A DNA stretch of 40,979 nt. Origin: a virus. Its lineage: Duplodnaviria > Heunggongvirae > Uroviricota > Caudoviricetes. Each line of letters starts with the position of its first letter. Position 1 is the stretch's first letter. Below, piece after piece: positions 18,376 through 32,769 of the stretch. The notes under the pieces were generated by a model. The model did not search any database and was not told the DNA's origin. It saw nothing but the letters and a program-made list of their open reading frames with translations. The position numbers and the translations under genes are program-made. The stretch lies in IMG/VR virus record IMGVR_UViG_2703718797_000012. One strand, written 5' to 3'.

Positions 18376-18864
18376 ATGGCAGCACCAAAGGGCAACCGAT
18401 TTTGGGAGGCCCGCAGTAGTCATGGGCGAAATCCTAAATTCGAATCGCCTGAGGCGCTGTGGGCTGCTTGTTGTGAATACTTCGAGTGGGTGGAAGCTAA
18501 CCCGCTATGGGAGATGAAGGCGTTCTCGTATCAGGGTGAAGTGATACAAGAGCCTATCGCCAAGATGCGAGCGATGACCATTACCGGCCTCACTCTGTTC
18601 ATTGATGTGACGCTTGAAACATGGCGCACATATCGCCTGCGAGAAGATTTATCTGAAGTCGTTACGCGAGCAGAACAGGTCATCTACGACCAGAAATTCT
18701 CTGGCGCAGCCGCTGACCTTCTCAACGCTAACATCATCGCCCGTGATTTGGGCCTCAAAGAGCAGTCGCAAGTTGAAGACGTGACACCTGATAAGGGAGA
18801 TCGCGATAAGCGGCGCTCTCGTATCAAGGAGCTATTCAACCGTGGAACTGGACGCGATTCTTGA
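18376..18864 (+). CDS. 3: Terminase small subunit (P22 gp3-type)
   Basis: 162 aa matching recalled P22 gp3; contains pac sequence. Confidence 0.9.
   Translation: MAAPKGNRFWEARSSHGRNPKFESPEALWAACCEYFEWVEANPLWEMKAFSYQGEVIQEPIAKMRAMTITGLTLFIDVTLETWRTYRLREDLSEVVTRAEQVIYDQKFSGAAADLLNANIIARDLGLKEQSQVEDVTPDKGDRDKRRSRIKELFNRGTGRDS
18643..18670 (+). other. P22-type pac site (GAAGATTTATCTGAAGTCGTTACGCGAG) inside small terminase gene
   Basis: Matches recalled P22 pac region; encodes [11 protein letters not shown] in gp3. Confidence 0.5.
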
Positions 18865-20341
18865 TAACCTGAGCGACGAAGAGCAAATCGAATTGCTCGA
18901 GCTACTCGAAGAAGAAGAGAACTACCGGAACACACACCTGCTATATGAATTTACGCCATACAGCAAACAGCGTGAGTTCATCGACGCCGGGCATGACTAT
19001 CCAGAGCGCTGTTTTATGGCTGGTAACCAGCTTGGTAAGTCATTTACTGGTGCTGCTGAAGTCGCGTTTCACCTTACAGGGCGTTATCCGGGCACAAAAG
19101 GCTATCCTGCTGATGGTAAATATGGCGGTGAGTGGAAAGGTAAGCGTTTCTATGAGCCTGTTGTCTTCTGGATTGGCGGCGAGACAAACGAGACTGTAAC
19201 CAAAACGACTCAACGCATCCTGTGCGGTCGTATCGAAGAGAATGATGAGCCTGGCTACGGTTCCATACCGAAAGAAGACATCATTAGCTGGAAGAAGTCT
19301 CCTTTCTTTCCGAACCTTGTTGATCACCTTCTGGTTAAGCATCACACGGCTGATGGCATTGAAGATGGTATTTCAATCTGCTACTTCAAACCATACTCGC
19401 AAGGCCGTGCTCGCTGGCAGGGTGACACAATCCACGGTGTGTGGTTTGACGAAGAACCACCATACAGCATTTATGGCGAAGGGCTTACCCGTACCAACAA
19501 ATACGGGCAATTCTCAATTCTGACGTTTACCCCGCTGATGGGGATGTCTGACGTTGTTACCAAGTTCCTGAAGAATCCCAGCAAGTCGCAGAAAGTGGTC
19601 AACATGACCATCTACGACGCTGAGCACTACACAGACGAACAGAAAGAGCAAATCATCGCATCTTATCCTGAGCATGAGAGAGAGGCGCGTGCTCGCGGTA
19701 TTCCTACGATGGGTAGTGGTCGAATCTTCCAGATACCGGAAGAGACTATTAAGTGTCAGCCGTTCGAGTGTCCTGATCACTTCTACGTAATTGGCGGGAT
19801 GGATTTCGGATGGGATCACCCGCAGGCGCAGGTTCAGCTTTGGTGGGATAAGGACGCAGACACAATCTACGTTTCACGCGTGTGGAAGGCGAAAGAGAAG
19901 ACAGCCGTTCAGGCGTGGGGAGCTGTTAAATCATGGGCGCATAAAGTGCCAACCGCATGGCCTCATGACGGAAACCAGCACGAGAAGGGCGGCGGTGAGC
20001 AGCTTAAAGGGCAGTACGCGGACGCTGGTTTTATGATGTTGCAGGAGCATGCAACATGGCCTGATGGAGGTAATGCTGTTGAGCCTGGCATCACTGAATT
20101 GCGAGACATGATGCTCGACGGTCGCTTCAAAGTATTCAACACCTGTGAGCCATTCTTTGAGGAGTTCCGCCTCTATCACCGTGATGAAAACGGGAAAATC
20201 GTCAAGCTTAACGACGACGTGCTATCCGCCGTTCGCTATGCATACATGATGCGCCGCTTCGCAAAAATGATGCGCGACATCAAAAAACCAAAAGAGAAAA
20301 AGATACCAGCCCCAATCAGGCCCATCGCACGGAGAACTTAA
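18842..20341 (+). CDS. 2: Terminase large subunit (P22 gp2-type)
   Basis: 499 aa; overlaps gp3 stop. Confidence 0.9.
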   Translation: MELDAILDNLSDEEQIELLELLEEEENYRNTHLLYEFTPYSKQREFIDAGHDYPERCFMAGNQLGKSFTGAAEVAFHLTGRYPGTKGYPADGKYGGEWKGKRFYEPVVFWIGGETNETVTKTTQRILCGRIEENDEPGYGSIPKEDIISWKKSPFFPNLVDHLLVKHHTADGIEDGISICYFKPYSQGRARWQGDTIHGVWFDEEPPYSIYGEGLTRTNKYGQFSILTFTPLMGMSDVVTKFLKNPSKSQKVVNMTIYDAEHYTDEQKEQIIASYPEHEREARARGIPTMGSGRIFQIPEETIKCQPFECPDHFYVIGGMDFGWDHPQAQVQLWWDKDADTIYVSRVWKAKEKTAVQAWGAVKSWAHKVPTAWPHDGNQHEKGGGEQLKGQYADAGFMMLQEHATWPDGGNAVEPGITELRDMMLDGRFKVFNTCEPFFEEFRLYHRDENGKIVKLNDDVLSAVRYAYMMRRFAKMMRDIKKPKEKKIPAPIRPIARRT

Positions 20342-22507
20342 ATGGCCGACGAAAACAGACTCAATTCCATTCTGTGTAAGTTTGACGCGGACTGGATGGC
20401 GAGCGATGAAGCCAGAACCGAGGCGACAAATGACCTGTATTTTAGCCGAGTGTCGCAATGGGATGACTGGCTATCAAACTACACCACCCTGCAATATCGC
20501 GGACAATTCGATGTTGTCCGCCCGGTGGTCAGGAAACTGGTCGCAGAGATGCGCCGGAACCCTATCGACGTTCTCTTCCGACCCAAAGACGGCGCTAATC
20601 CTGATGCAGCCGATGTGTTGATGGGGATGTATCGTACTGATATGCGCCATAACACGGCAAAGATTGCCGTTAACGTTGGCGTTCGTGAGCAGATAGAGTC
20701 CGGCGTTGGTGCATGGCGTCTGGTCACACAGTACGAAGACAACGATCCAACAAGCAACAATCAGGTAATCCGACGCCTGCCAATCCATGAAGCCTGCTCA
20801 CACGTCATATGGGACGCAAACAGCAAGCAGATGGATAAGAGCGACGCTAAGCACTGCACGGTGATTAACGCCTTGTCACGCAATGGCTGGAAAGAGTTCG
20901 CAGAGGATTACGGTATTGATCCTGACACGCTGCCATCTTTCCAGAATCCAAACGATACATGGCTGTTTCCGTGGGTATCGAATGATGTCGTCTACGTCGC
21001 TGAGTATTACGAGGTAGAAGAGAAGAAAGAGAAAGTCTTCATCTACCGCGACCCGCTGACAGGTGAGCCGGTCAGCTATTACCAGCAGGATATCAAAGAC
21101 GTCATCGACGACCTGGCTAATCGTGGATTCATTAAGGTAGCAGAGCGCAAGGTGAAGCGTCGGCGTGTGTATAAGTCGATCATCACCTGCACGCAGATAC
21201 TGAAAGACCGCGAGAAGATAGCCGGAGAGCATATTCCAATCGTTCCAGTGTATGGCGAATGGTCATTCGCTGGTGACAAGGAGTGCTACGAAGGAGTGGT
21301 AAGGCTGACGAAAGACGGTCAACGCCTTCGTAACATGATCATGTCATTCAACGCCGATATTGTTGCTCGTTCACCGAAGAAGAAACCGACCTTCTTCCCT
21401 GAGCAAATCGAAGGCTACGAATACATGTACGGTGGAAATGATGACTATCATTACTATCTGCAGAACAGGACCGATGAAAACGGTAACGACCTGCCGATTG
21501 GTCCAATCTCCTACATGGAAAACCCTGAAGTGCCGCAAGCCAACGCTTACATGCTTGAGGCTGCCACCAACGCAGTGAAAGAGGTGGCTAGTCTTGGTGT
21601 GGATGCGCAGGCAGCAAACTCTCAGGTCGCTTTCGATACCGTCAATCAACTGAACATGCGGGCAGACCTTGAGACATACGTGTTTCAGGATAACCTAGCT
21701 ACCGCAATGCGACGTGATGGCGAGATTTATGCCTCAATGGTCAACGATATTTATGACGTTCCTCGTCATGTAACGCTGACACTTGAAGATGGAAGCGAGA
21801 AAGACGTTCAACTCTACGCACAAGTTGTAGATTACCAGTCCGGTAATGTGGTCACACTCAACGACATTCGCGGTCGCTATGAGTGCTATACGGACGTTGG
21901 GCCATCCTTCCAGAGCATGAAGGAACAGAACCGCGCAGAGATTCAGGAATTGCTCACTAAGGTTCCGCAAGGTACTCCAGAGTTCCAGATGCTGATGCTG
22001 CAATACTTCACGCTGCTTGACGGTAAAGGCGTCGAGATGATGCGAGAGTACGCTAACAAGCAACTGGTGATGATGGGGCTGAAGAAACCAGAAACACCTG
22101 AAGAGATGGAGATGGTACAGCAGGCACAACAACAGCCGCAGCAGCCATCAGCAGAGCAAATTCAGGCGCAGGGTATCCTTCTGCAAGGTCAGGCTGAATT
22201 GATCAAGGCAGAGAACCAACAGGCGCAGATTCAGGTTGAAGCCGCCAAGGTTGAAGCCCAAAACCAACTCAACGCCGCGAAGATTGCAGAAATCTTCAAC
22301 AATATGGACCTCGACAAGCAGGCAGAACTGCGTGAGTACCTCAAGCTCGTAGGTCAATTCCAGCAACAGCGCAGCAAAGATGCTCGTGCTAACGCTGAGC
22401 TGCTTCTTAAAGATGCAGACCAGACTCATTCACAACGCATGGATTTCGCGAATCTTATGCGTCAAGTTCAAATCCCCTCCGGCGGAGTAGCCGAGACACC
22501 TCAATAA
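20342..22507 (+). CDS. 1: Portal protein (P22 gp1-type)
   Basis: 721 aa with Gln-rich C-terminal barrel region; follows terminase. Confidence 0.9.
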   Translation: MADENRLNSILCKFDADWMASDEARTEATNDLYFSRVSQWDDWLSNYTTLQYRGQFDVVRPVVRKLVAEMRRNPIDVLFRPKDGANPDAADVLMGMYRTDMRHNTAKIAVNVGVREQIESGVGAWRLVTQYEDNDPTSNNQVIRRLPIHEACSHVIWDANSKQMDKSDAKHCTVINALSRNGWKEFAEDYGIDPDTLPSFQNPNDTWLFPWVSNDVVYVAEYYEVEEKKEKVFIYRDPLTGEPVSYYQQDIKDVIDDLANRGFIKVAERKVKRRRVYKSIITCTQILKDREKIAGEHIPIVPVYGEWSFAGDKECYEGVVRLTKDGQRLRNMIMSFNADIVARSPKKKPTFFPEQIEGYEYMYGGNDDYHYYLQNRTDENGNDLPIGPISYMENPEVPQANAYMLEAATNAVKEVASLGVDAQAANSQVAFDTVNQLNMRADLETYVFQDNLATAMRRDGEIYASMVNDIYDVPRHVTLTLEDGSEKDVQLYAQVVDYQSGNVVTLNDIRGRYECYTDVGPSFQSMKEQNRAEIQELLTKVPQGTPEFQMLMLQYFTLLDGKGVEMMREYANKQLVMMGLKKPETPEEMEMVQQAQQQPQQPSAEQIQAQGILLQGQAELIKAENQQAQIQVEAAKVEAQNQLNAAKIAEIFNNMDLDKQAELREYLKLVGQFQQQRSKDARANAELLLKDADQTHSQRMDFANLMRQVQIPSGGVAETPQ

Positions 22508-22520
22508 GAGAGAGTTAATC

Positions 22521-23432
22521 ATGGACCAAACCACCGACATTCAGGCTTCTGAAGAATTAACCCTGCCCGGCAATCATGCAGCGGCATCTGCTGATGGCTT
22601 AGTTGTCGATAATGCCAACGACAACACAGGTCAGGAAGAAGGCTTCGAGATTGTCCTGAAAGACGATGAGAAACCAAAACAAGACCCGGCAACTAATGCT
22701 GAATTTGCCCGTCGCCGCATCGAACGCAAACGCCAGCGTGAGCTTGAGCAGCAGATGGAAGCGGTTAAGCGTGGAGAGTTGCCGGAGCACCTGCGGGTGA
22801 ACCCTGAGTTACCAAAACAACCAGACCCTAACGATTATCTTTCCGAAGATGCACTGGCTAAGTACGACTATGACCAGAGCCGCGCACTGGCTGCCTTCCA
22901 GCAGGCAAACAGTGAATGGCAGATCAAGGCCATGGACGCACGAAGCCAGGCTGTCGCCGAGCAGGGTCGCAAAACTCAGGAGTTCACCCAGCAATCAGCG
23001 CAATACGTCGAGGCAGCCCGTAAGCACTACGACGCAGCGGAAAAGCTCAATATCCCTGACTATCAGGAGAAAGAGGATGCATTCATGCAACTGGTGCCGC
23101 CAGCAGTCGGTGCAGACATCATGCGCCTCTTCCCGGAGAAATCCGCTGCTCTCATGTATCACCTTGGTGCTAATCCTGAGAAAACACGCCAGTTGCTGGC
23201 GATGGACGGGCAATCCGCGCTGATTGAACTCACTCGACTGTCAGAACGTTTAACTCTCAAGCCTCGAGCCAAGCCTGTTTCAGAAGCCCCGTTACCTGAT
23301 GAACCCATTCAGGGACACGCTGTTGCTGCAAATATCTCTGCGATTGAAAAGCAGATGGAAGCGGCAGCAAACAAAGGGGATGTAGAGACATACCGCAAGT
23401 TCAAGGCGCAACTGAATAAAGGAATTCGATAA
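22521..23432 (+). CDS. 8: Scaffolding protein (P22 gp8-type)
   Basis: 303 aa acidic helical protein between portal and coat. Confidence 0.85.
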   Translation: MDQTTDIQASEELTLPGNHAAASADGLVVDNANDNTGQEEGFEIVLKDDEKPKQDPATNAEFARRRIERKRQRELEQQMEAVKRGELPEHLRVNPELPKQPDPNDYLSEDALAKYDYDQSRALAAFQQANSEWQIKAMDARSQAVAEQGRKTQEFTQQSAQYVEAARKHYDAAEKLNIPDYQEKEDAFMQLVPPAVGADIMRLFPEKSAALMYHLGANPEKTRQLLAMDGQSALIELTRLSERLTLKPRAKPVSEAPLPDEPIQGHAVAANISAIEKQMEAAANKGDVETYRKFKAQLNKGIR

Positions 23433-24727
23433 TGGCATTAAATGAAGGTCAACTGGTCACGTATGCTCTGGATGAAATCATCGAAACCGTCCAGAACCTG
23501 ACGCCAATGGCGTCTAAAGTGACAAAATACACCCCTCCGGCAGAATCCATGCAACGTTCAAGCAACACCGTGTGGATGCCTGTTGAGCAGGAAGCGCCAA
23601 CTCAGACTGGCTGGGATTTAACTGGCAACGCTACCGGTATTCTGGAACTGTCCGTGAAATGCAACATGGGCGATCCGGATAACGATTTCTTCGAGCTTCG
23701 TGCAGATGACCTGCGTGATGAGCGTTCTTACCGTCGCCGCATCCAGGCATCCGCTAAAAAACTGGCGAATAACATTGAGTCAGCAATTGCCAAACAGGCA
23801 ACTGAAATGGGCTCACTTGTTGTTCACGATACCCGAGCAATTGGTCCATCTACTGGCCTGTCTGGCTGGGATTTTGTGTCTGATGCAGAGCGCCTGATGT
23901 TCTCCCGTGAGCTAAACCGCGATATGGGCATCAGTTACTTCCTGAACCCTGACGATTACCGCAAAGCAGGCCGCAACCTGGTAGATGGTGACATCTTCGG
24001 GCGCGTTCCTGAAGAAGCGTATCGCAACGGTACTATTCAGCGTCAGATTGCTGGCTTTGATGAAATTCTTCGCTCACCGAAACTTCCGGCAGTTACCAAG
24101 TCAACCGCTACTGGTGTAACTGTTTCTGGTGCGCAGAAGTTTAAGCCGCAGGCATACACTCTTGATACCGATGGTAACAAAGAGAACGTCGACAACCGTG
24201 TTGCAACGGTGACCGTATCCTCCACCACCGGATTTAAGCGCGGCGACAAAATCAGCTTCACTGGCGTGAAATTCCTGTCTCAGATGGCGAAGAACGTGCT
24301 GACTGATGACGCGACTTTCTCAATCACCCGTGTGATCGATGGTACTCACATCGAAATCACGCCGAAGCCTATTGCGCTGGATGACGCGTCACTGACAAAA
24401 GAAGAGAAGGCTTACGCTAACGTAAACACCTCTCTTGCTGATACCACTCCGGTAAACGTTCTGAACGTGGCAACAACCACCGCTAACGTGTTCTGGGCTG
24501 ATGACTCAATCCGTCTGCTGTCTCAGCCGATCCCGGTAACCCATGAGCTGTTTGCTGGCATGAAAACGTCTTCCTTCAGCATTCCTGGTATTGGTGTTAA
24601 CGGCATCTTCGCAACGCAGGGTGATATCAACACTCTGTCTGGTAAGTGCCGTATTGCTGTGTGGTATTCAGCATGTGCTGTACGACCAGAGGCAATTGGT
24701 GTTGGTCTGCCTAACCAGACTGCGTGA
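23432..24727 (+). CDS. 5: Major coat protein (P22 gp5-type)
   Basis: 431 aa, high similarity to recalled P22 coat protein. Confidence 0.95.
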   Translation: MALNEGQLVTYALDEIIETVQNLTPMASKVTKYTPPAESMQRSSNTVWMPVEQEAPTQTGWDLTGNATGILELSVKCNMGDPDNDFFELRADDLRDERSYRRRIQASAKKLANNIESAIAKQATEMGSLVVHDTRAIGPSTGLSGWDFVSDAERLMFSRELNRDMGISYFLNPDDYRKAGRNLVDGDIFGRVPEEAYRNGTIQRQIAGFDEILRSPKLPAVTKSTATGVTVSGAQKFKPQAYTLDTDGNKENVDNRVATVTVSSTTGFKRGDKISFTGVKFLSQMAKNVLTDDATFSITRVIDGTHIEITPKPIALDDASLTKEEKAYANVNTSLADTTPVNVLNVATTTANVFWADDSIRLLSQPIPVTHELFAGMKTSSFSIPGIGVNGIFATQGDINTLSGKCRIAVWYSACAVRPEAIGVGLPNQTA

Positions 24728-24735
24728 TAACCAGA

Positions 24736-24757
24736 GGGAGCTTCGGCTCCCTTTTTT
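24736..24757 (+). terminator. Rho-independent terminator after coat gene
   Basis: GGGAGC-TTCG-GCTCCC hairpin followed by TTTTTT. Confidence 0.8.
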
Positions 24758-24771
24758 ATCTGGAGACAAGC

Positions 24772-25021
<250 letters not shown>

Positions 25022-25044
<23 letters not shown>

Positions 25045-25522
25045 TTTAGTCCTTGCAGCATTACGTAAGCTCGGTGTTGCATCAAATGCCACGTTAACCG
25101 ATGTCGAACCGCAGTCTATGGAAGACGGCGTCAACGACCTTGAAATGATGATGGCTGAATGGCTTGGCGGTGATGCGTCACCTGGTATCAACGTTGGCTA
25201 CATTTTCGCTGAAGCAGATGTCGCTCCAGATCCGGGCGATGAGCACGGTTTATCAAATAACGCTATCAATGCTGTCATTTTCAACCTTGCCTGCCGCATT
25301 GCTCCGGATTATGCGCTGGAAGCACCTGCAAAACTTATAACTACTGCCAGATACGGGAAAGAGCGACTCGTCAAACTGTCTGCAATGGACAGAGCAAAAG
25401 CCGCCAAATGTAAGTCCGGTTATCCAAACCGTATGCCTGTTGGTAGCGGTAATCAGTTGGCGAAGTGGAACGGTTGGAATTACTTCCACCGGAAGGAACC
25501 TTGCGATAACGGGAGCGAATAA
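25022..25522 (+). CDS. 4: Tail accessory protein gp4-type (166 aa)
   Basis: Start at internal ATG ([10 protein letters not shown]); track ORF start inside the repeat is an artefact. Confidence 0.8.
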
Positions 25523-26941
25523 ATGCCGATTCAGCAACTTCCGCTTATGAAAGGTGTCGGCAAAGACTTCCGAAATGCCGACTATATCGACTATCTGCCA
25601 GTGAATATGCTGGCTACACCCAAAGAAATCCTGAACAGCAGCGGATATCTTCGCTCATTCCCGGGCATTGCCAAACGTTCTGATGTGAACGGCGTATCGC
25701 GCGGCGTCGAGTACAACATGGCGCAGAGTGCCGTTTATCGCGTGTGTGGTGGCAAGTTGTATAAGGGCGAAAGTGAAGTCGGTGATGTTGCAGGAAGTGG
25801 TCGCGTATCAATGGCACATGGTCGGACATCACAGGCGGTAGGTGTTAACGGGCAACTGGTCGAATACCGCTATGATGGCACAGTTAAAACAGTCTCAAAC
25901 TGGCCTACAGACAGCGGATTCACGCAGTATGAGTTAGGTTCAGTCCGCGACATTACGCGCTTACGTGGGCGTTATGCGTGGTCAAAAGACGGCACTGATT
26001 CATGGTTTATCACTGACCTTGAAGACGAATCACATCCTGACCGATACAGCGCACAATATCGTGCCGAGTCTCAGCCTGATGGCATCATCGGCATCGGAAC
26101 ATGGCGAGACTTCATCGTCTGCTTTGGTTCATCGACGATTGAATATTTCTCCCTGACTGGTGCAACCACCGTTGGTGCCGCTTTGTATGTTGCACAACCA
26201 TCGCTGATGGTGCAGAAAGGTATTGCCGGGACTTACTGCAAAACGCCATTCGCTGATTCTTATGCGTTCATCAGCAATCCGGCAACGGGTGCGCCGTCTG
26301 TATACATCATCGGCTCCGGTCAGGTATCACCAATCGCCAGCGCGAGCATTGAGAAAATACTACGCTCCTACACTGCTGATGAACTGGCTGATGGCGTGAT
26401 GGAATCGTTGCGGTTTGATGCTCATGAGTTGCTGATTATTCACCTGCCGCGCCATGTTCTTGTTTACGACGCATCTTCAAGCGCTAATGGTCCGCAATGG
26501 TGTGTGCTGAAAACAGGACTGTATGACGATGTGTACCGCGCTATCGACTTCATTTACGAAGGCAATCAGATAACGTGCGGCGATAAACTGGAGTCCGTGA
26601 CCGGGAAATTGCAATTCGACATCAGCAGCCAGTACGACAAGCAACAGGAACATCTGCTGTTTACTCCTCTGTTCAAAGCGGATAACGCCAGAGTTTTCGA
26701 CCTTGAAGTTGAATCGTCAACTGGAGTTGCGCAGTATGCTGACCGCCTGTTCCTCTCTGCAACTACTGACGGCATCAATTACGGGCGTGAGCAGATGATT
26801 GAGCAGAATGAACCGTTCGTTTACGACAAACGCGTTTTGTGGAAGCGAGTTGGGCGCATCAGGAAAAATGTCGGATTCAAATTGCGCGTTATCACGAAGT
26901 CACCTGTCACTCTGTCTGGCTGCCAGATAAGGATTGAGTAA
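25523..26941 (+). CDS. 10: Tail accessory protein gp10-type
   Basis: 472 aa, P22 gene order. Confidence 0.85.
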   Translation: MPIQQLPLMKGVGKDFRNADYIDYLPVNMLATPKEILNSSGYLRSFPGIAKRSDVNGVSRGVEYNMAQSAVYRVCGGKLYKGESEVGDVAGSGRVSMAHGRTSQAVGVNGQLVEYRYDGTVKTVSNWPTDSGFTQYELGSVRDITRLRGRYAWSKDGTDSWFITDLEDESHPDRYSAQYRAESQPDGIIGIGTWRDFIVCFGSSTIEYFSLTGATTVGAALYVAQPSLMVQKGIAGTYCKTPFADSYAFISNPATGAPSVYIIGSGQVSPIASASIEKILRSYTADELADGVMESLRFDAHELLIIHLPRHVLVYDASSSANGPQWCVLKTGLYDDVYRAIDFIYEGNQITCGDKLESVTGKLQFDISSQYDKQQEHLLFTPLFKADNARVFDLEVESSTGVAQYADRLFLSATTDGINYGREQMIEQNEPFVYDKRVLWKRVGRIRKNVGFKLRVITKSPVTLSGCQIRIE

Positions 26942-27894
26942 TGGCGGATTCGAATCTCAATGAGCCGGTAATCATTCAGGCTACGCGGCTCGACATATCA
27001 GTCCTTCCACGCAATATCTTCTCGCAGTCATATCTGCTGTACGTTATCGCACAGGGTACTGATGTTGGTAACGTGGCAAACAAGGCCAACGAAGCAGGGA
27101 AGGGGGCTTATGATGCACAGGTGAAGAATGATGAGCAGGATGTCACCCTTGCAAACCATGAATCCAGAATTGAAGCTGCTGAAGCAACTCTCATCAATCA
27201 TGAACATAGAATCGCAGAAGCGGAAATCACTCTTGCAGATCATGAAACAAGGATTACGGCTGCCGAAACAGTGCTGGCTGATCACGAGACGCGAATTGCT
27301 GCCAATGAATCTGAGTTAGCAAACCATGATGCGCGAATAACTCAGAATACAACCGATATCGACGCACTTGATACCAGGCTCACAGCGGCAGAAGGAAGTA
27401 TTTCGACGCTACAAAGCACAGTTGGTGATCACTCAACAAGAATATCTGCGCTTGAGTATGCCACCACGCGCAAGAAATCAGAGGTTGTTTACTCTGGCGT
27501 ATCTGTAACCATTCCGACAGCGCCGACCAACCTTGTTAGCCTGCTGAAAACGCTCACGCCGTCATCCGGCTCGTTGGCACCATTCTTCGACACCGTTAAC
27601 AACAAGATGGTTGTGTTCAACGAGAACAAAACCTTGTTCTTCAAGCTGTCGATTGTCGGGACGTGGTCCAGCGGAACTGCTAACAGATCAATGCAGCTAA
27701 CATTTTCCGGCTCTGTTCCTGACACACTGGTTAGCAGTCGTAATGCGGCAACAACAACCGACAACATCCTGTTAGCTACGTTCTTCAGCGTGGATAAAGA
27801 CGGCTTTCTTGCCACAAATGGCAGTACGTTAACCATTCAGTCAAATGGTGCGGCGTTTACTGCCACAACCATCAAAATCATTGCGGAGCAGTGA
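26941..27894 (+). CDS. 26: Tail needle gp26-type with coiled coil and C-terminal knob
   Basis: N-terminal needle region, long heptad-repeat coiled coil ([27 protein letters not shown]), extra C-terminal beta-rich domain. Confidence 0.85.
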   Translation: MADSNLNEPVIIQATRLDISVLPRNIFSQSYLLYVIAQGTDVGNVANKANEAGKGAYDAQVKNDEQDVTLANHESRIEAAEATLINHEHRIAEAEITLADHETRITAAETVLADHETRIAANESELANHDARITQNTTDIDALDTRLTAAEGSISTLQSTVGDHSTRISALEYATTRKKSEVVYSGVSVTIPTAPTNLVSLLKTLTPSSGSLAPFFDTVNNKMVVFNENKTLFFKLSIVGTWSSGTANRSMQLTFSGSVPDTLVSSRNAATTTDNILLATFFSVDKDGFLATNGSTLTIQSNGAAFTATTIKIIAEQ

Positions 27895-28373
27895 TGGAAA
27901 TAAAGCTCATCGATAATCCGGTGAAGCTTGCAGAATTCCTCAACAACCCGGCAAACACGGGAAATATCGTAGACAGTGGAGACAAATACTACATCAAGCC
28001 TGATGCGGTATACCTCGGCATCTACGAAGGACTGATGCTGGTCGGAGTGCATGAAGTGCGTAACTTCTGGCATAGCGTTGTTGAATGCCATGCGGTGTAC
28101 GACCCCGGATTCCGTGGCGAATATGCACTGCAAGGGCATCGATTATTCTGCAAATGGCTTCTCGAAAACTCACCATTCCTTAACAGCATCACTATGGTTC
28201 CTGACACCACGAAATACGGACGGGCAATTATCCGTTTGCTTGGCGCTACCCGTGTTGGTCACCTTGATGATGCTTATACCAGCAATGGAAAGCCTGTAGG
28301 CATCACGATTTATCAGTTACCGCGCTCAAAATACGAGGAGCTAAAGAATGTTAATTTTCCAGATTGCCAATAA
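27891..28373 (+). CDS. 14: Ejection/head-completion protein gp14-type
   Basis: 160 aa, P22 gene order. Confidence 0.7.
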   Translation: MMEIKLIDNPVKLAEFLNNPANTGNIVDSGDKYYIKPDAVYLGIYEGLMLVGVHEVRNFWHSVVECHAVYDPGFRGEYALQGHRLFCKWLLENSPFLNSITMVPDTTKYGRAIIRLLGATRVGHLDDAYTSNGKPVGITIYQLPRSKYEELKNVNFPDCQ

Positions 28374-29022
28374 GCACCTCAGCAAAGCTGTTTACTGCAA
28401 AGGTGGCAGTGATGGCGGTTCAAAAGCCCAGGCACGCGCAACTGAAAAAGGTATCGAACTGCAGCGTGAAATGTGGCAGACGAACATGCAGAACCTTGCA
28501 CCGTTCACGCCACTCGCTCAGCAGTACGTATCACAGTTGCAGAATCTTTCCTCTCTTCAGGGGCAAGGTCAGGCGCTTAACCAGTATTACAACTCTCAGC
28601 AGTATAAAGACCTTGCAGGGCAGGCGCGCTATCAGAGTCTGGCAGCAGCAGAGGCAACGGGTGGATTAGGCTCTACAGCAACCGGAAACCAGCTGGCAGC
28701 AATCGCGCCTACACTCGGTCAAAACTGGCTGTCAGGTCAGATGAATAACTACAACAATCTGGCAAATATCGGCCTTGGTGCTCTTACAGGTCAGGCAAAC
28801 GCCGGGCAGAACTACGCCAACAACGTCAGCCAGTTGTATCAACAGCAGGCAGCAGCATCTGCGGCTAATGCTAACCGACCATCAGGACTGCAATCAGCCT
28901 TGGGAGGTGCCATGAGCGGTGCGGCATCAGGGGCGATGATTGGCTCTATGGTACCTGGAATAGGTACAGCTGTTGGCGCTATTGGTGGCGGTATTATCGG
29001 TGGTCTTGGATCATTGTTTTAA
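28348..29022 (+). CDS. 7: Ejection protein gp7-type
   Basis: 224 aa, Gln/Ala/Gly-rich, P22 gene order. Confidence 0.75.
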   Translation: MLIFQIANKHLSKAVYCKGGSDGGSKAQARATEKGIELQREMWQTNMQNLAPFTPLAQQYVSQLQNLSSLQGQGQALNQYYNSQQYKDLAGQARYQSLAAAEATGGLGSTATGNQLAAIAPTLGQNWLSGQMNNYNNLANIGLGALTGQANAGQNYANNVSQLYQQQAAASAANANRPSGLQSALGGAMSGAASGAMIGSMVPGIGTAVGAIGGGIIGGLGSLF

Positions 29023-29031
29023 GGTGGGAAT

Positions 29032-30306
29032 ATGGCTACTTGGCAACAAGGAATCAACTCAGGCGGCTTTCTTGCTGGTATCGGTGGGCAAAACTCAAAT
29101 GCGCCAAAGGCAAGTGATGTAAGTGAGGCGTTGGCCTATATTCGCCAGAACAACGAAATGGAGCGCTCAGGTCGCAATAACATCGGCCTTCAGGCGTTGC
29201 AGGGGCTTGGGAGTGTCGCTCAAACATATCAAGCCGCAAAGCAACAGGAAGCGGATGCTGCATTCCAAAAAGAATATGCGGCAGCCATCCAGTCAGGTGA
29301 TCGACAGCAGGTTCGAGATCTGATGACCAAATATCCTGGTCAATTAGAGAAGATTCAGTCTGGTATGAAGTGGGCAGACGAAGACCAGCGTGATGAAATT
29401 GGCAATCTAGCGGCAGGCGGTCAAATTGCCTCCATGATGGGGGGTGATGCATTTAGCAAGTGGATTGGAAACAATGCAACCAGATTGTCTAATCAGGGGG
29501 TAGACCCACAACAACTCCTCAGCATGTATCAAAAAGACCCACAAGCAACATCACAACTTATCGGACAATATGGTCAGTTTGCATTAGGCCATGAAAAGTA
29601 TTGGGATTTACAGGACAAGATGGTTGGTCGCCAGCAGGAGCAGCAAAGAATTAACGAAACAATCCGTAATAATGACATGACAAATGCCAGAGGGTGGGCA
29701 AGCAACAATATTGCGCAACAAAATGTCAATCTTCGTCGAATGGAATTAGAGGACAAGAAATACGACAGACTCATCGCAAATGAAACTAATGCCTTAAAAC
29801 TTGCTGAATTGCAGGACAAGAGATTGCAGAATCAGCAAGCTATGGAGCAGGCAAAGCGAGATAAGGCTGATGCGTACAACTCTGGAATGGATAATCTTTC
29901 CAGAACGATAGAGACGGCTACAAAAGTTCTTAATAGCCCGGGTTTCACGGGATATTTCGGAACAAACCTAAACCCACTATCGAGTAGATTCATTCCAGGA
30001 ACAGAGGCTGCTGATACAGAAACTCTGGTTGACACACTGAAATCTCAGGGATTCTTATCTGGCATTCAGCAGATGAAAGGGATGGGGGCTTTAAGTAATG
30101 CCGAGGGGCAAAAGGTAATGGATGCTATTGGTAGTTTGTCCCCAAATCAGTCTGAAAAATCAGCCAGAGCAGCTATCAAAACAATCATAAAAACCACTGA
30201 GATGGCTCAGAAACGTATGCAACAGAAATACGGGAAGGACATACAACCGTCTCAACAGCAGCTTTCTGATGATGACCTGATTAATAAATATCTCGGAGGG
30301 CAGTAA
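29032..30306 (+). CDS. 20: Ejection protein gp20-type
   Basis: 424 aa, P22 gene order. Confidence 0.75.
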   Translation: MATWQQGINSGGFLAGIGGQNSNAPKASDVSEALAYIRQNNEMERSGRNNIGLQALQGLGSVAQTYQAAKQQEADAAFQKEYAAAIQSGDRQQVRDLMTKYPGQLEKIQSGMKWADEDQRDEIGNLAAGGQIASMMGGDAFSKWIGNNATRLSNQGVDPQQLLSMYQKDPQATSQLIGQYGQFALGHEKYWDLQDKMVGRQQEQQRINETIRNNDMTNARGWASNNIAQQNVNLRRMELEDKKYDRLIANETNALKLAELQDKRLQNQQAMEQAKRDKADAYNSGMDNLSRTIETATKVLNSPGFTGYFGTNLNPLSSRFIPGTEAADTETLVDTLKSQGFLSGIQQMKGMGALSNAEGQKVMDAIGSLSPNQSEKSARAAIKTIIKTTEMAQKRMQQKYGKDIQPSQQQLSDDDLINKYLGGQ

Positions 30307-32417
30307 TGGCCTATAGTCGTGAACAGTTGATGACGGCGTTAAGGAATGCTGATGCTGCCGGCGATACTGAGGGAGCACGTCGCATTGCTCAGATGCTGTC
30401 TTCTGGTGATCAATCCACTCAAAACCAATCGCAGCCAGAAGAACAATCTCTGGTGGGAAAAGCTACTGACTGGCTCACTGGTGGTCAAAGTGCAGGGCAA
30501 ATTGCAGAACAGGCTGGTCGTGGTCTGGTAAACATACCATTTGACGTATTGCAGGGTGGCGCAAGTCTGATTAATGCAATCAGCCAAGGGCTTGGTGGCC
30601 CCAAGGTTTTGGATGATGTTTATCGCCCTGTCGATCGACCGACAGACCCTTACGCGCAAGCCGGTGAAACAATTGGTGGGTATCTCCTGCCAATTGGCAC
30701 AGCGGCAAAAGCTGCTGGAGCGCCAGCAAAGCTCGCTGGAGATATCGGTTCCGCAGGAAACATGATTGCAGGTTCACTTGCTGATGCTGCAAATCAGGAG
30801 GGCGACTTTGCACAAAATGCTGCCATTAACGGTGGTATCAATATTGGTGCTCAAGGCGTTCTTTCAGGTGTCGGGCGCGTTATTGCTCCAAGGGTTTCAC
30901 AGGCTCTTGGTGGTGCAGCACTGAATTCTGCTAATGATGTTTCCAGGATGGCAAAGTCAGGTGCTGGGCGTCAGTCAATTGCCAGTCAGGCCGCTAATGT
31001 GTCCGAAGATGTAGCAAAAGCGGCTGAGTCTGCTGGAATTGATATAAACGCATTAACACCAGGAATGCGATCAGGAAGTCGTGGAATTGCACAAGCCGAA
31101 GGCGCATTGGCATCAACACCAGGAATCGTTCAGGACGCCCATCAGGCAGCATTTAACGAAATATCATCAAAGTTAAGTCGAAACCTTGATGAATTTGGGG
31201 CCGCATCTGGAACGGCATCAGAAAAAAGTGCGGCTATAAAACAAAGGATTCTTCAAAATCTTGATCAGATGAAGGATGCCGAGCGCGCGGCATGGGATGA
31301 CGTGCGGTCAACAATGCCAAATCAAAAATCAAGAATGCTAAATGGTAATGCCGTTATTCAGGCAGAGCGATCTGCTGGCATACCGCTTACTCCTGAAATG
31401 AAACAGTTTGTTCAGGCAAACAATCAAGGTGGAGTAACATTTGATGGCATGAAAGCATGGAGAGCGAAATTTGCTGATGCGGAGCAAAAATATAAGCGTA
31501 GCGGAGAGGCAAATGCGGCAAGGAGAGCAGGGGAAATACGCCGGGCAATTACTGATGATATGCGCACAATGGCGGAAAACGGCGGATTTCTTGATGACTG
31601 GCAAAAAGCTAATGATCTGTCTAAAGCGAGGTTATCAGCACAAGAGAGTGCAGAGTCTGTTTTCGGGCGTGATTTGGCAACAGATGCACTGATTACGAAT
31701 GGAGTAAAATCCCTTCAATCATCGTCAGCTAAAGGTCTTAATGGTCCTGCTGGATTCCATTCTATGATCCGCGCGCTGCCAGAATCAGAGCGTGTTCCTG
31801 CTATATCATCAATGTTGCAAGATGCTATCTCGCATGGTGTACGTGGTGGCAAAGCTGATGCAGCAGGAATTAACCATATCGCAGAGATACTCACTCCACA
31901 AAATGTAAAAGCCATTAGCCGATATTCCTCAGAGCTTGGAAGAATTGCAGATGCATATGGCACTCTTGCAAGAGCAGCAGTGAAACCTCAGCAGTATATT
32001 GAAAGAACAGGGAGAACTGCCAATGTACTACGCGATCTGGATGCTGGTTTATCCAACGTCACATCAACAGTGTTAAATGCAATTGCTAACTCAACATCAG
32101 GTGCCATTGTTGGTGGAGCAGGAGGGGGCATTGCAGGCGCTGCCGCAGGTGCTTTAGTTGGCGCTGGGTTAAAAGGCGCTGTATCTAAAATTGCCACCAC
32201 ACGTAGTGGTCGATATGCGATAGAGAAAGCTGTTCAGGAAGCCACCAAAGCAGTAAGAGCAGGCGGAAGCAAAGAAGCATTACTGGCGGCGGAACGCAGA
32301 TTTATGGCAAATAAGGCCGCCGTAAAAGCAATACGTGATACAGTCGGAAACGAAGAGTTTCAGCGCTTAGCGAGGGCTGGTATTGTGGCATCGCTAAGCG
32401 GAATGGCACAGGAGTAA
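30306..32417 (+). CDS. 16: Ejection protein gp16-type
   Basis: 703 aa, last gene of the injection set. Confidence 0.75.
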   Translation: MAYSREQLMTALRNADAAGDTEGARRIAQMLSSGDQSTQNQSQPEEQSLVGKATDWLTGGQSAGQIAEQAGRGLVNIPFDVLQGGASLINAISQGLGGPKVLDDVYRPVDRPTDPYAQAGETIGGYLLPIGTAAKAAGAPAKLAGDIGSAGNMIAGSLADAANQEGDFAQNAAINGGINIGAQGVLSGVGRVIAPRVSQALGGAALNSANDVSRMAKSGAGRQSIASQAANVSEDVAKAAESAGIDINALTPGMRSGSRGIAQAEGALASTPGIVQDAHQAAFNEISSKLSRNLDEFGAASGTASEKSAAIKQRILQNLDQMKDAERAAWDDVRSTMPNQKSRMLNGNAVIQAERSAGIPLTPEMKQFVQANNQGGVTFDGMKAWRAKFADAEQKYKRSGEANAARRAGEIRRAITDDMRTMAENGGFLDDWQKANDLSKARLSAQESAESVFGRDLATDALITNGVKSLQSSSAKGLNGPAGFHSMIRALPESERVPAISSMLQDAISHGVRGGKADAAGINHIAEILTPQNVKAISRYSSELGRIADAYGTLARAAVKPQQYIERTGRTANVLRDLDAGLSNVTSTVLNAIANSTSGAIVGGAGGGIAGAAAGALVGAGLKGAVSKIATTRSGRYAIEKAVQEATKAVRAGGSKEALLAAERRFMANKAAVKAIRDTVGNEEFQRLARAGIVASLSGMAQE

Positions 32418-32747
32418 TTAGTCATCCATGGATGGATTGAGCTTATCTCGTGTTGATGTGGCAATTTTCCCAACATTTTTCAACCAAGATTTTAAGAAGG
32501 ATATGTCGTCCTTAATATCATGAATATCCTCATTCTTTATACGATCAACCTTATCCTCTAGGCTCTCTATAGAACGCTCAATGCTAGACAGAGAGATTTT
32601 TAAGTCTCCTTGCTCACGTTCCAGTGAGGATTTGAGAGCACAATATTCGTTTTCTAGAATTCCTATTTTTTTTGTTAGATAGTGCATTCGATACTCATAC
32701 ACCAAACCAGAAACGACTAATGCAGACAACAGAAACCATTCAAGCAC
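32418..32747 (-). CDS. Hypothetical membrane protein (N-terminal TM helix plus coiled coil), third gene of AT-rich insertion
   Basis: AAGGAGG 7 nt upstream of GTG start; low GC; no recognised family. Confidence 0.6.
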   Translation of the reverse strand: MLEWFLLSALVVSGLVYEYRMHYLTKKIGILENEYCALKSSLEREQGDLKISLSSIERSIESLEDKVDRIKNEDIHDIKDDISFLKSWLKNVGKIATSTRDKLNPSMDD

Positions 32748-32769
32748 ACCAACCTCCTTAGTTGATATT

